A stretch of DNA of 64,000 bases from Candidatus Eremiobacteria bacterium (GCA_963737065.1 CAVTRC010000001.1:1216001-1280000); one strand, 5' to 3'. Positions 30,901 to 41,082 are shown, counted from the first letter of the stretch. A program made the numbers and translations. Notes: generated by a model not told the origin, from the letters alone.

Positions 30901-30974
30901 CCCTAATCATACATATAAGGGGTCAATTTTCAACCGGCGGGGTGGGTCAACTTTACTCCGGCGCTAACACGTGC

Positions 30975-31048
30975 TAAAGAGAACGCTCGGCGGCACGTAC
31001 ATTTGCCCGCGTCCCAAACACCTCGATGCGTACTTAGACGAACAGATT
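30975..31048 (+). pseudogene. IS1595-family transposase, 3' part after the IS21 insertion (truncated)
   Basis: Rejoining across the TSD gives in-frame FWSVLKRTLGGTYICPRPKHLDAYLDEQ; the expected FRFN tail is missing. Confidence 0.88.
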
Positions 31049-31072
31049 AAATCTCTCGTTTGTTCCAAAAGC

Positions 31073-31094
31073 GCGTCGAAGACGTCTTCGACGC
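31073..31094. repeat. perfect 22-bp palindrome
   Basis: GCGTCGAAGACGTCTTCGACGC, 26 nt upstream of the hydrolase start codon. Confidence 0.8.
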
Positions 31095-31120
31095 CGACTC
31101 TGTAGACTAAGGAGCTCACA

Positions 31121-32047
31121 ATGAAAGCGTCTCCCCGAGTGCTGCTCGCCGCAGCCTTCTGTTTCGGTCTTGCGTTTTGGCCTCACACCGGAGCGTTCGC
31201 CAGTGCAACGCTGCCGCCGCTCCCGCAGCCGGCAGCCTCCTTCGATTCCGGGATGCTGCATGTCGACCGCTATGGCAACGGTTCAAAAGCGATCGTCTTC
31301 ATTCCCGGACTTGGCTGCGGCCCATGGAGTTGGGCTGAACAAATTCGCCACTTCTCGTCAACCTACACCGTCTATGCGATTACGCTTCCGGGATTCGATG
31401 GACGGCCGTTCACACCACAATCCGATCTCTTTGCGGCTTTCGATCGCGACTTCTGGGCGTTCGTCCGAACCCAACACCTCGAGAAGCCGGTAGTCGTCGG
31501 ACATAGTTTGGGCGGTACGCTCGCCTTTGAACTCGCCGAATCGCATCCGGAACGTCTGGGCGGCGTCGTCGCGCTCGACGGCTTGCCGGTTTTCCCGATG
31601 CTCGCGCAGTCTACGCCGGCTCAACGCGAAGCAGCCGCAACGAAATTGGCGTCGTCGATCGCGCAGCAAACGCACGATCAACTTCTGGCCTACGAAGTTT
31701 CGTACATGAAGCAGATCGGAACCGTGAACGACGATCTCGACACGCCGGTCGCGACGCTCGTGGCAAAGAGCGATCCAAACGCGATCGCGGCGTGGGGCGC
31801 AGCCGATTTGCGCAGCGATCTTCGCGACGGGCTTGTGAAAGCCGACGTACGAATCGTGGAGTTGATGCCGTACGCGCAGCCCAGTCCGTATTCGAAAGAT
31901 CAGACGATCGCATTTTACCGGCTTCTCGTTTCGGGCGCGCCAAAAGTGGACGTCGTTCCGATCGACGGCGCCCGTCACTTCGCGATGCTGGATCAACCGC
32001 AAGCGGTCGACGATGCGATTACGCGCTTCCTCGCAGCGGCTCCATGA
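31121..32047 (+). CDS. secreted alpha/beta hydrolase
   Basis: Signal peptide, FIPGLG, LPGFDG, GHSLGG nucleophile elbow, GARHFAMLDQP; AAGGAG RBS. Confidence 0.92.
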   Translation: MKASPRVLLAAAFCFGLAFWPHTGAFASATLPPLPQPAASFDSGMLHVDRYGNGSKAIVFIPGLGCGPWSWAEQIRHFSSTYTVYAITLPGFDGRPFTPQSDLFAAFDRDFWAFVRTQHLEKPVVVGHSLGGTLAFELAESHPERLGGVVALDGLPVFPMLAQSTPAQREAAATKLASSIAQQTHDQLLAYEVSYMKQIGTVNDDLDTPVATLVAKSDPNAIAAWGAADLRSDLRDGLVKADVRIVELMPYAQPSPYSKDQTIAFYRLLVSGAPKVDVVPIDGARHFAMLDQPQAVDDAITRFLAAAP

Positions 32048-33752
32048 CGCGCTCGTAGCGCTGCCGCATGCGGACCGCGTCGATGTGGTCGTACGCGCGC
32101 GCCGCTTCGCGCGCCAGATCTTCCAGCAGGTCGACCTCATCGGGATCGAGCTGCGCGCCGTTCGTATGCGCGCCGTAGAGCGTGAACGAGACTAGTTCGT
32201 GACGCACGAGAACCGGAATTGCAAGCACGTAAATCGCGCTGTTCTCTCGCTCGAGATGTGAGCGCAGTTGTTCGAGCCAGACGCTCTCCTCATTGGCTTG
32301 CAGCATGCGGACGAGCAAATGATTCGGATCGAAGCCGGGTGGCGCAACGGGCGTGTTCGGTGAGGTGGCGACGCCCTCGAACCGTCCGCCGTCGCTGCGC
32401 CGGTAGAGCGCGGCGGCGCTCAGGTTGAGCGCCTCGGCCGGAACGTCAACGAGCGCCTCGGACACCGCCGCTTCTTCCGTTGCGTAGGGAAGCGCAGCGG
32501 CCGTGCGTTTCAAGTACCGTTCGGCGAGCCGGCGATGCCGAAAGAAGATGCGCTCCACCGCCGCTTCGATCGCTTTGTTGATCCGGTCGAGCAGTAGCCC
32601 GATCGCAATCGTCGCGACAAGTTCAAAGACGACTGCGAGATGGTATTCGGAGAGCACGTGTGAGAACAACCAGTCGAGAAGCGAGACGACGGCGATAACA
32701 AAGACCGAGAGGATGCCGTATGCGAGCGCACGATTGAGCACGAAGTTCACATCGAGCACGCGATGACGAAGAACTGCGTACCCGACCGTAATCGGCATTG
32801 CGACGACGGCGTATCCGATGATTTGCTTGGCTGCGTCCGGGATGCCGGGAACGAAGTACACGGCGTACGCGATGAACGAAACCACCATTCCGATCACCAG
32901 AAATCCGACGCGCTGGCGCACGGCCGGGGTCGCATGTTTGAACTTTCCGATCAAAATGTACGTCGCGAGCGCGAACACTCCGAGCGGCAGCCAGACGTCG
33001 GAAATCGTGACGAACGGACTCGGCATGCCGATCTTCCAAAGTTGAAACCAGTTGTACGTATACGCTGCAAATGCAAACGCGATAACGACCCAAATTGCTC
33101 GATCGAAAACGCGCGAAAAACCGGTTAAGCGATTGTCCGGGAACCGTATGATGAACGGCAGCAGCGGCAAAACGGCGAAATTGCCGAAGATCGTGCTGAG
33201 CAGAAACGTCAGCGGAATGAAGAGAGCGCGCGGCAGCAGCGCGTGAAAGTATTCGAACGTCGGCTGCGTGGAAAAATAGCCGATCGCGACCGCGTAAAAG
33301 CTCCACGTCATCACGCTCGGCCGCACGAACACGAGTCCGAATGCGACGACTAAAAAGACGGTGGCCGGAATGATGGCCAGTAATCCGGTCGTGCGATCCC
33401 AGACGCTGAATCGCGGAACGGGAACCGCATCGAGGGTAACGGTATAGCCGCGCCCGTCGGGATGCACCAAAGTGAAGGTCGCGCGATCCCCGGCGCGCGG
33501 GTATTCGAGATCGAGAATCTGTTCGGAAAACGGCTCGTCACCGGCAATAAGATCGCCGGCACGCACACCCGCGCGATCCGCCGGCGAACCGCCCGCAACG
33601 CGTTCGATTTCCCGGAATCCTCCGCGCGCTCCGGAAACGCCATACGTTCCATCGCCCCAGCGGCCGACGTAGTCCGCATGCCCGAGCGGCGCATAAAAAA
33701 GAACGACGACGACTGCCGTGACGAGGACGAGAACGCTTCGGGCGAGCGCCAT
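32019..33752 (-). CDS. membrane protein with extracytoplasmic PDZ domain, multiple TM helices and C-terminal GAF domain
   Basis: VAGGSPADRAGVRAGDLI (PDZ), about 9 TMs including GYAVLRHRVLDV, GAF-like LAIPVLVRHELV...LDPDEVDLLEDLA. Confidence 0.78.
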   Translation of the reverse strand: MALARSVLVLVTAVVVVLFYAPLGHADYVGRWGDGTYGVSGARGGFREIERVAGGSPADRAGVRAGDLIAGDEPFSEQILDLEYPRAGDRATFTLVHPDGRGYTVTLDAVPVPRFSVWDRTTGLLAIIPATVFLVVAFGLVFVRPSVMTWSFYAVAIGYFSTQPTFEYFHALLPRALFIPLTFLLSTIFGNFAVLPLLPFIIRFPDNRLTGFSRVFDRAIWVVIAFAFAAYTYNWFQLWKIGMPSPFVTISDVWLPLGVFALATYILIGKFKHATPAVRQRVGFLVIGMVVSFIAYAVYFVPGIPDAAKQIIGYAVVAMPITVGYAVLRHRVLDVNFVLNRALAYGILSVFVIAVVSLLDWLFSHVLSEYHLAVVFELVATIAIGLLLDRINKAIEAAVERIFFRHRRLAERYLKRTAAALPYATEEAAVSEALVDVPAEALNLSAAALYRRSDGGRFEGVATSPNTPVAPPGFDPNHLLVRMLQANEESVWLEQLRSHLERENSAIYVLAIPVLVRHELVSFTLYGAHTNGAQLDPDEVDLLEDLAREAARAYDHIDAVRMRQRYERVMEPLRGSA

Positions 33753-33766
33753 AGCGTCGTGCTTTG

Positions 33767-35452
33767 CTAAACCGGGTCGGGACTACTCTGCGGCGCGGGC
33801 GTCGGCAGGCCGAGCGGATCGACGCCGAGCGCGATTCCCGCCTCTTTGTACGCATCGAATACCCGACCGTTGATTTCGCGACGGACGTCGAATTGCCGCA
33901 ACGGCGCCGTGCGAATCGACGCGCGAAGCACGACGCCGTTGTTCTGAAGGCGTTCGACACCGATCCATTCAGCCGGTTCCAGGATCGCATGTTGCCAACG
34001 CCCGTCTGCCTTGAGCTCGTCGACCGTTTTGCGCAGCGTATCGATTGCTTTCGCGAGATCCGCGCCGGGATCGATTGCAATACGGTAGTCGACGCGCGCC
34101 CAATTGCGCGATGCGTTGACGACTTGCGTGACCGCGCTATGCGGAATCGTGATGAGATATCCGCGTAGATCTCGCAGTTGCAACACGCGCAGCGTCAGAT
34201 TCTCGACGACGCCGTTGTAGTCGCCGATCATCACGTAATCGCCGACGACGTATTGATCTTCCATGAGCACCAGCAAGCCGTTGAGTACGTCCTTCACGAG
34301 CGTTTGCGCGGCGAAGCCGACGGCAAGGGCTGCGATCCCGCCGATCGTGACGACGGAGGCGATCGGAATATTAAGTTGCCCAAGCGTTATCAAAATCGCA
34401 ATGAACAGAACGACGAACGTCTTGAATCCGCCGATCGTACGCGAAATCGTCGGCGCGCGAAGCGTGTAACGAGCGCGGTCTTCGCTCGTCGCACCGCGGT
34501 GCGCGTAGAGATCTGCAAACCGCACGATCGCAAGCTCCAGCACGCGATCTACCAAGCCCGCAACGAGCCACACGAAAATGATGCGCCCGGTCGCGCCGAC
34601 GATGAATTGCCCGATCGGCGTCGTCTGTGGAAATAAAAACAGCGCCCAGGTAATGCCGGCGGCCCACAGTACGACTCCCAGCCAAACCACGCCGCTCGCG
34701 TACGCGCGATAGCGGCGCAGACGTTGTTCTGGAGCTGCCGCACGTATTCCGAGCGCGAGCGCGCGCCGACGACGCTTTTGCGCGGAATCGCCGGAGCGCT
34801 CCGCCGTATCGACCGTTTCGCGTTCGAGCGACTCGTGACGCTCCTCTACGCGCTTTCTGAGTTGCGCGATGACGCGCTCGAGGAACGCCCACAAAATGAA
34901 GAGACCGACGGTCAGTACGGCGAGTGCGACGGCAAACCGTATAACGCGAATGATGTTGTGGCGAATCGCTCGTGGCTCGCGTTTTATCAGCGCGGTTTTC
35001 AGCGCGCTCTGAAGTTGCGTTTGCCACTGCGCGGCTAAATCGCTATCGTTCAATCCGAAGGCACTCGTATCGCTGGACGTCACGGTCACGATTGCAAGGC
35101 CCGCGGTGTGGCGTGCATCGTGCGCTTCGAGCGCGTATTGCGATCCTTCTCGCGTAATCGCCACGTTGAACGTGTTCGGTTCGTAGAGTGTCGTGCCGTT
35201 GTCCGGGTCCGCCGCGAGGACTTGGTTGACGGCATTCTCGACGAGGAGCACGCGTGTATCGATCGGCTGGCTCCCGCCGCTGGCTAGAGCGGCGATGCGT
35301 ATGACGGGCTGGCCGTCGACGCTCACGGGCGCGGTGACATACAGCCCCTGCTGCTTCACGCCCGCGATCGGACCCGAGCTTGGGATCGGCATGCTCGGAA
35401 GTATCTGGGCCTGAGCCGGTGCCGCGAGCAAGATGCAAATTGTCGCGCACAT
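33767..35452 (-). CDS. MscS-family mechanosensitive channel
   Basis: ALAVGFAAQTLVKDVLNG, EDQYVVGD, GVVENLTLR, LITIPHS. Start approximate. Confidence 0.92.
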   Translation of the reverse strand: MCATICILLAAPAQAQILPSMPIPSSGPIAGVKQQGLYVTAPVSVDGQPVIRIAALASGGSQPIDTRVLLVENAVNQVLAADPDNGTTLYEPNTFNVAITREGSQYALEAHDARHTAGLAIVTVTSSDTSAFGLNDSDLAAQWQTQLQSALKTALIKREPRAIRHNIIRVIRFAVALAVLTVGLFILWAFLERVIAQLRKRVEERHESLERETVDTAERSGDSAQKRRRRALALGIRAAAPEQRLRRYRAYASGVVWLGVVLWAAGITWALFLFPQTTPIGQFIVGATGRIIFVWLVAGLVDRVLELAIVRFADLYAHRGATSEDRARYTLRAPTISRTIGGFKTFVVLFIAILITLGQLNIPIASVVTIGGIAALAVGFAAQTLVKDVLNGLLVLMEDQYVVGDYVMIGDYNGVVENLTLRVLQLRDLRGYLITIPHSAVTQVVNASRNWARVDYRIAIDPGADLAKAIDTLRKTVDELKADGRWQHAILEPAEWIGVERLQNNGVVLRASIRTAPLRQFDVRREINGRVFDAYKEAGIALGVDPLGLPTPAPQSSPDPV

Positions 35453-35516
35453 TGTGTGTATATAGAAGTAGCGGAAGGTGCGGCAAGCCGCCGACCGCAA
35501 GAGCAATAACAAGCCC

Positions 35517-36530
35517 ATGAGCCTCATCGATCTAGACCTTACCCCGGACGTCGAAGACCAGACGAACGCAATTTTCGAGCGCGTCGAGCATGTGATTCCT
35601 CGCGTCGAGTGGGCTATCCACGCCCCATATGTCGCTGCCATCAATCGCTTGAAACACGAGCGCAATGCGGTCATTTTGGCGCACAACTATCAAGTCCCGG
35701 AAATTTACCATACGGTTGCGGATATCGTCGGCGACTCGCTCGCGCTCGCGATGAAAGCCGCGGAGACCGACGCGGACGTGATCGTGCTTTCGGGCGTGCA
35801 CTTCATGGCTGAGACGGCAAAGCTGGTCAATCCCGAAAAAACCGTGCTGGTTCCCGATCTACGCGCGGGATGTTCGCTTGCGGAGTCGATTACAGCCGCG
35901 GACGTCCGTCTCTTGCGCGAACGCTATCCCGGCGTTCCGGTCGTCAGCTACGTCAATACGTCGGCGGACGTAAAGGCTGAATCGGACGTCTGCGTGACAA
36001 GCGGCAACGCGGTGCGCATCGTGAACGCGCTCAATGCTCCGCGCGTGATCTTCCTGCCAGATGAGTATCTCGCAAAGTACGTCGCGTCCCAGACGAAGAC
36101 GGAGATCATCGCGTGGAAAGGTCACTGCGAAGTACACGAGCGGTTTACCGGGAACGATATTCGCCGCTATCGTCAAGGCGAACCGGCTCTCATAGTCATC
36201 GCGCATCCCGAATGTCCGCCGGACGTGTTAGCGCAAGCGGACTACGTCGGGTCCACGCAAGGCATGTCCGATTACGTCGAGGGAATCTCGACTCTGCGCC
36301 GGCCCCGCGTGCTGCTGATGACGGAATGTTCGATGGCGGATAACGTTTCTGCGAAACATCCCAGTGTCGAATTCGTGCGGCCGTGCAATTTGTGCCCGCA
36401 CATGAAGCGCAACACGCTCGCGAAGATCCTTCATTCGCTCGAGACGATGGAATACGAAGTGACCGTCGATCCCCTGGTTGCGGTCCGCGCCCGCGCCGCG
36501 GTGGAGCGAATGCTCGCGTACAGCCGGTGA
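35517..36530 (+). CDS. nadA: quinolinate synthase
   Basis: [44 protein letters not shown]. Confidence 0.97.
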   Translation: MSLIDLDLTPDVEDQTNAIFERVEHVIPRVEWAIHAPYVAAINRLKHERNAVILAHNYQVPEIYHTVADIVGDSLALAMKAAETDADVIVLSGVHFMAETAKLVNPEKTVLVPDLRAGCSLAESITAADVRLLRERYPGVPVVSYVNTSADVKAESDVCVTSGNAVRIVNALNAPRVIFLPDEYLAKYVASQTKTEIIAWKGHCEVHERFTGNDIRRYRQGEPALIVIAHPECPPDVLAQADYVGSTQGMSDYVEGISTLRRPRVLLMTECSMADNVSAKHPSVEFVRPCNLCPHMKRNTLAKILHSLETMEYEVTVDPLVAVRARAAVERMLAYSR

Positions 36531-37381
36531 TCCAACCCCATCGCATTGCGATCGAGCACGTCATTCATACGGCGTTGCTCGAAGATCTCGCGCACGGGAA
36601 TGACGTGACGACCGACTCGATCGTTCCGTCCGAAGCCCGTGCCGGTGCGTGCGTCGTTGCGCGCGCGCCCGGCGTCCTGGCCGGCCTCGACGCGGCGTTG
36701 CTGACATTCGAATTGCTCGATCGCGACGGCATACGCGCGTCCCGGGCGCGCAGTGACGGTCAACGGATAGAGCGCGGCGACACCGTCGTGGAGTTGAACG
36801 GCCGAGCGCGCGCGTTGCTCACCGGTGAACGTACGATGCTCAACGTGCTTTGCCGCATGAGTGGAATCGCGACCGCGACGCGCGCGCTCGTCGACGCGGT
36901 CGCCGGCACGCGCGCGCATATCGCGGACACTCGCAAGACGACGCCCGGATTACGCGCGCTGGAAAAATATGCCGTGCGCTGCGGAGGCGGATCGAATCAT
37001 CGCTTCGGACTCGACGACGCTGTCTTGATCAAAGACAACCATCTCGCACTCGCCGGCTCGATTCACGAAGCTGTTGCGCGCGTGCGTGCCGTCGCAGGCC
37101 ACATGCGCAAGATCGAGGTCGAAGTCGATACGCTCGAACAGCTGCGTGAGGCGCTGGACGAACCGATCGACGCCGTGCTGCTCGACAATATGAATCCCGC
37201 GACACTCGCAGAAGCCGTACGCATCGTGGACAAACGCATCATCACCGAGGCGAGCGGAGGCATCCGCCTCGAAACCGTGCGCGCGGTTGCGGAGAGCGGC
37301 GTCGATTTGATTTCCGTCGGCTCGCTGACGCACAGCGCACCGGCCCTCGACTTCGGATTAGACGTCACCCTGTCGCGCTAG
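36527..37381 (+). CDS. nadC: nicotinate-nucleotide diphosphorylase (carboxylating)
   Basis: [41 protein letters not shown] overlap with nadA. Confidence 0.97.
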   Translation: MIQPHRIAIEHVIHTALLEDLAHGNDVTTDSIVPSEARAGACVVARAPGVLAGLDAALLTFELLDRDGIRASRARSDGQRIERGDTVVELNGRARALLTGERTMLNVLCRMSGIATATRALVDAVAGTRAHIADTRKTTPGLRALEKYAVRCGGGSNHRFGLDDAVLIKDNHLALAGSIHEAVARVRAVAGHMRKIEVEVDTLEQLREALDEPIDAVLLDNMNPATLAEAVRIVDKRIITEASGGIRLETVRAVAESGVDLISVGSLTHSAPALDFGLDVTLSR

Positions 37382-37803
37382 TGGTACGTCGTGAGATAGA
37401 GCGCGACGACGAGGCCAATTGCGGCGACGAGTAGCGTGATGATGTAGCCGCCGGCCCGCGGCAGCGACGTTACGACGCCGGTGTGCAACGCTTTGTCGGC
37501 GGCCGCGTAGCGCCACGCGCCGAGTACGCCGATCGCCACGCCTGCGATCGCCATGATCGCCCCGAACGCCGTCGAGTAATGCGGACCGCTCAAACGCACG
37601 TGCGCAAATTGCGAGAGCTGTTCGACGAACAAAGCGAAGCGCGCGACGACGAATCCGAATGCGATGAACGCAAGCGCCGTGCGCACGTACGCGAGAAACG
37701 TACGTTCGTTTGCGAGAACGTCCGTGGCCTTCACGTCCGTCGTCATCGGGCGCTCGTTCGAGGCCGCGTCGCTATCGCGAACGTCGGCGGTTGTACGCGA
37801 CAT
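37378..37803 (-). CDS. DUF202/YidH family membrane protein
   Basis: LANERTFLAYVRTAL motif; three TMs. Confidence 0.9.
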   Translation of the reverse strand: MSRTTADVRDSDAASNERPMTTDVKATDVLANERTFLAYVRTALAFIAFGFVVARFALFVEQLSQFAHVRLSGPHYSTAFGAIMAIAGVAIGVLGAWRYAAADKALHTGVVTSLPRAGGYIITLLVAAIGLVVALYLTTYH

Positions 37804-37861
37804 GTGCCGGTTCTACCCGCCACATGCCGGGGTTCCCGCCGGGCGTCCCGAAGTCGTCGCC

Positions 37862-39256
37862 ATGCCGTCAAAAGATCTGCACGAACGTCCCGCCGCAAAG
37901 ACCACCAGCTACGATCCCGAGACGCCGCAAGCGCTCATCGAGTTCATGTCGGGCGACTGGGTCGACGCGCCGGTTCGCATTGCTGCGCACGCGCAGCTCA
38001 CGCGGCTGCAAGCACGACGCGATGCGCTCTCTCGCGCGTTTCCCGGGCAATACGTCGTGATTCCCGCCGGGCGGGAGCAAGTGCGCGCGAACGACACGTA
38101 TTTCCGGTTTCGTCCATCGAGCGACTTCGCGTACGTGATGGGTGACGGCGAACCCGGATCGCTGCTCGTGATGGAACCCGACGGCGCCTCGCACCGGACG
38201 CTTCTGTTCGCGCCCGAGCACAATCGCGGCAAAGCAGAGTTTTTTACCGACCGCATCGCCGGTGAATTGTGGGTCGGCCGCCATCGAGGATTGGACGAGA
38301 GCGAGATCTTTTACGGCGTCGACCGTTGCCGCCCGCTGCAACAGATCGACGACTATCTCAAGTCCCTGCAAACGTCGAACGCGCCGCTTGCTGATGAACG
38401 GCAAGTTGCCGTGCATCTCGCGGAGATGCGCTTGATCAAAGACGAATACGAGATCTCCGAGTTGCGCAAAGCGTGCGAAGTCACGAAGCGCGCATTCGAA
38501 GACGTCATTCGCACGTTCCCGTCCGCAACGACCGAACGCCAATTCGAAGCCGCATTTTGGGCACGTGCGCGGATCGAAGCAAACGACGTGGGATATTTGA
38601 CCATTGCGGCCGCCGGCCACCATGCCTGCACCTTGCACTGGAATCGCAACGATGGACGCATCGAACCGGGAACGATGCTCCTGCTGGACGCGGGCGTCGA
38701 GTGCGATTCGCTCTACACCGCGGACGTCACACGCACGTTGCCGGTCGGCGGGAAATACACCGCGGCGCAGCGCGCGATCTACGAGATCGTCTGGGAAGCG
38801 CAACGCGCCGGCATCGATGCCGTTGCGCCCGGCGTTGATTTTCTCGAACCGAATCGTCGCGCGATGCGCGTGCTCGCGCGGGGGCTCGTCGAGCTCGGTA
38901 TCCTGCGCGTCTCACTCGATGAAGCGCTCGATCCGGAGCATCAATTCTATCGCCGCTACACGCTGCACAACGTAAGCCATATGTTGGGGCTTGACGTGCA
39001 CGATTGCGCACACTCCCGTAGCGAAAACTATCGGTACGGAGCGTTACGCGAAGGCATGGTGCTCACCGTCGAACCGGGCTTGTATTTTCAACCCGACGAC
39101 GCAACCGTTCCGAATGAATTCCGCGGCATCGGCGTGCGCATTGAAGACGACATCGCCGTCACGGCCGCCGGATGCGAGAACCTCTCCGCCATTCTGCCGT
39201 CGAAGGTGGAAAAGGTCGAACGCTGGATCGCGGAGCTTACATCGTCGTCGGCATAG
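37862..39256 (+). CDS. pepP: Xaa-Pro aminopeptidase (M24B)
   Basis: NDTYFRFRP, ACTLHW, LLDAGVE...YTADVTRTLP, HMLGLDVHD, TVEPGLYF, GVRIEDD. Confidence 0.93.
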   Translation: MPSKDLHERPAAKTTSYDPETPQALIEFMSGDWVDAPVRIAAHAQLTRLQARRDALSRAFPGQYVVIPAGREQVRANDTYFRFRPSSDFAYVMGDGEPGSLLVMEPDGASHRTLLFAPEHNRGKAEFFTDRIAGELWVGRHRGLDESEIFYGVDRCRPLQQIDDYLKSLQTSNAPLADERQVAVHLAEMRLIKDEYEISELRKACEVTKRAFEDVIRTFPSATTERQFEAAFWARARIEANDVGYLTIAAAGHHACTLHWNRNDGRIEPGTMLLLDAGVECDSLYTADVTRTLPVGGKYTAAQRAIYEIVWEAQRAGIDAVAPGVDFLEPNRRAMRVLARGLVELGILRVSLDEALDPEHQFYRRYTLHNVSHMLGLDVHDCAHSRSENYRYGALREGMVLTVEPGLYFQPDDATVPNEFRGIGVRIEDDIAVTAAGCENLSAILPSKVEKVERWIAELTSSSA

Positions 39257-39527
39257 TGCCCGGCACGGCGGGCGCCATGGGACGCTCGTTCGGCCACGTT
39301 GAGAACGCCAGGATGGCGAGACAAACGAGAAAGCCGACCGATGGAATCAAACACAGCAGTCCCAGCGCGCCGGGGAATCCGGCTTTCACGAACACGCGCC
39401 AAAACATCCAGATAAACAGTACGGTGAGCGCGAGCGCGACGATGAGAATGGTTCCCATCATCGCGCTCACGGCGGCAATGGTACGCGCCGTCGCGTCGTC
39501 GGTTGCGGCATCGGCTAAAACGAACAT
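39237..39527 (-). CDS. small membrane protein
   Basis: WRVFVKAGFPG..LL.LIP pattern; AGGAG RBS. Confidence 0.7.
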   Translation of the reverse strand: MFVLADAATDDATARTIAAVSAMMGTILIVALALTVLFIWMFWRVFVKAGFPGALGLLCLIPSVGFLVCLAILAFSTWPNERPMAPAVPGTMPTTM

Positions 39528-39548
39528 GGTCGAGCTCCTTCAACGCTA

Positions 39549-40958
39549 ATGTACAAAGATCAGGTTCTCGTGATCGAGCCTACCGGTATCGAAGTGGTGC
39601 GTGACGCGCAGCGCCACGGAAAACCGCGCGACCTCTTCGGCGTCTGGTTTTCCGCGAATGCCGAGATCGCGACCTGGATGGTCGGTGTATTTGTTACCGC
39701 GCTCTACGGGACCGACCTGCGCAGCGCAACCGCGGGAATCGTTTTCGGGAATCTGCTCGGTTTCTCGCTGCTCGGGGTGCTTGCAGTCGTCGGGCCGCGC
39801 TACGGCGTCCCGCAGATGGTGGCATCCCGGTTGGCCTTCGGACGCGACGGCAACACGGCGCCGGCCGTGCTCTCGTTTTTAGCGGGCGTGGGATGGTTCG
39901 CGATCAACACGGTGTTTGGGGCGTACGCGCTGCAGACGATCGCGGCACTGAATTACGTTGCAGCACTCGCCATCATGCTCGCGCTGCAAATTGTACTTGC
40001 GGTCTACGGGTACAATTTGATTCACGCGTTCGAACGCGCGAGCGCGTTGCTGCTCGCTGCCGGATTCGTGCTGCTCGGTGCAGCGACGCTTCCGCACGCC
40101 GGTTGGAACGCATCCTTCAACGCGCACGCAGCAATGGCAGCGGGCGGTCCGTTCGCCGGGTTCATTTTTGCTACGGCACTCGCGTTTTCGTATGCGACCG
40201 GCTGGGTTCCGTGCGCATCAGATTACTCGCGCTATCTTCCGCGTGAGAGCAATCCGCGTGCCGTATGGTTTTACTCGTTCGCCGGCTGCGCGTTGCCGTG
40301 CATTGCGCTCGAAATCATGGGAGCGGCAACGGTCAGCGCATCGAGCATCGATCTCGGGTCGGCGATTCCGACGCAAGCGATCGCGCAGCTTTTGGGCTCC
40401 GGCGTCATCGCGACCCTGGTGCTCGCGACCGTCGTGCTCGGCACGTTGACGGCGAACTGCATGAACCTCTACTCCGGAGCGCTTGCGGCGCTCGTCGCGT
40501 TCAACGTCCGCATTCCGCGCGCGAGCGCAGCCTTTGTCGTGGGCATCGTCGGCGCGTCGATCGCACTCGGCGGCGGACACCCGCGCGAGATGGCCGAAAG
40601 TTACACGAATTTTCTTCTCTTGCTCTCGTATTGGGCATCGCCGTGGGCTGCCGTCGTTCTCGTCGACTTTTTACGCGATCGATCCATGCAGCGCGATCCT
40701 GCAAACGCGCCTCGTTGGCGCCTCGGGTTCATCGCATGGTGCGCGGGATTGCTCGCATCGCTTCCGTTCTGGAATCAAGCGTTGTTTCAAGGCCCGGTCG
40801 CGCGCGCGTATCCGCAGATCGGCGATTTGTCGTACTACGTCGGATTTATCGTTGCGCTTTTTGTGATGTATGGTACGCCGTTCGTGCGCGAGCGTCTCGG
40901 CGCCGACGCCGGGCGCGGCGAGTTGCAGCCGGCGGCGCACGACGAGTCGAATCGGTAG
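39549..40958 (+). CDS. NCS1 purine/cytosine permease
   Basis: IEPTGIE...RHG, WFSAN, GPRYGVPQM..SR..FG, ASDYSRYLP, NLYSG. Confidence 0.92.
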   Translation: MYKDQVLVIEPTGIEVVRDAQRHGKPRDLFGVWFSANAEIATWMVGVFVTALYGTDLRSATAGIVFGNLLGFSLLGVLAVVGPRYGVPQMVASRLAFGRDGNTAPAVLSFLAGVGWFAINTVFGAYALQTIAALNYVAALAIMLALQIVLAVYGYNLIHAFERASALLLAAGFVLLGAATLPHAGWNASFNAHAAMAAGGPFAGFIFATALAFSYATGWVPCASDYSRYLPRESNPRAVWFYSFAGCALPCIALEIMGAATVSASSIDLGSAIPTQAIAQLLGSGVIATLVLATVVLGTLTANCMNLYSGALAALVAFNVRIPRASAAFVVGIVGASIALGGGHPREMAESYTNFLLLLSYWASPWAAVVLVDFLRDRSMQRDPANAPRWRLGFIAWCAGLLASLPFWNQALFQGPVARAYPQIGDLSYYVGFIVALFVMYGTPFVRERLGADAGRGELQPAAHDESNR

Positions 40959-41082
40959 CTCTTTGCTTCGCCCCCAGCGCCGATTGCGCCACAATCGTGC
41001 CGTGCGGATCGCTTTGTTCTAAGGCGTTGACACAAAACCACGTTTGTATTAGCATCGCGATACAAAACAGAAAGAAGCCAGC

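Larger units (their letters stand above)
29646..30921 (-). mobile_element. IS110-family element (bridge recombinase) inserted in the IS21 inner terminal repeat
   Basis: Junctions share a CC core (29646-29647 and 30920-30921). Removing the element restores AAAATTGACCCGCC, matching the IS21 repeat AAAATTGACCCAC. The circle junction creates TTGACT-N18-TATGAT. Confidence 0.85.
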
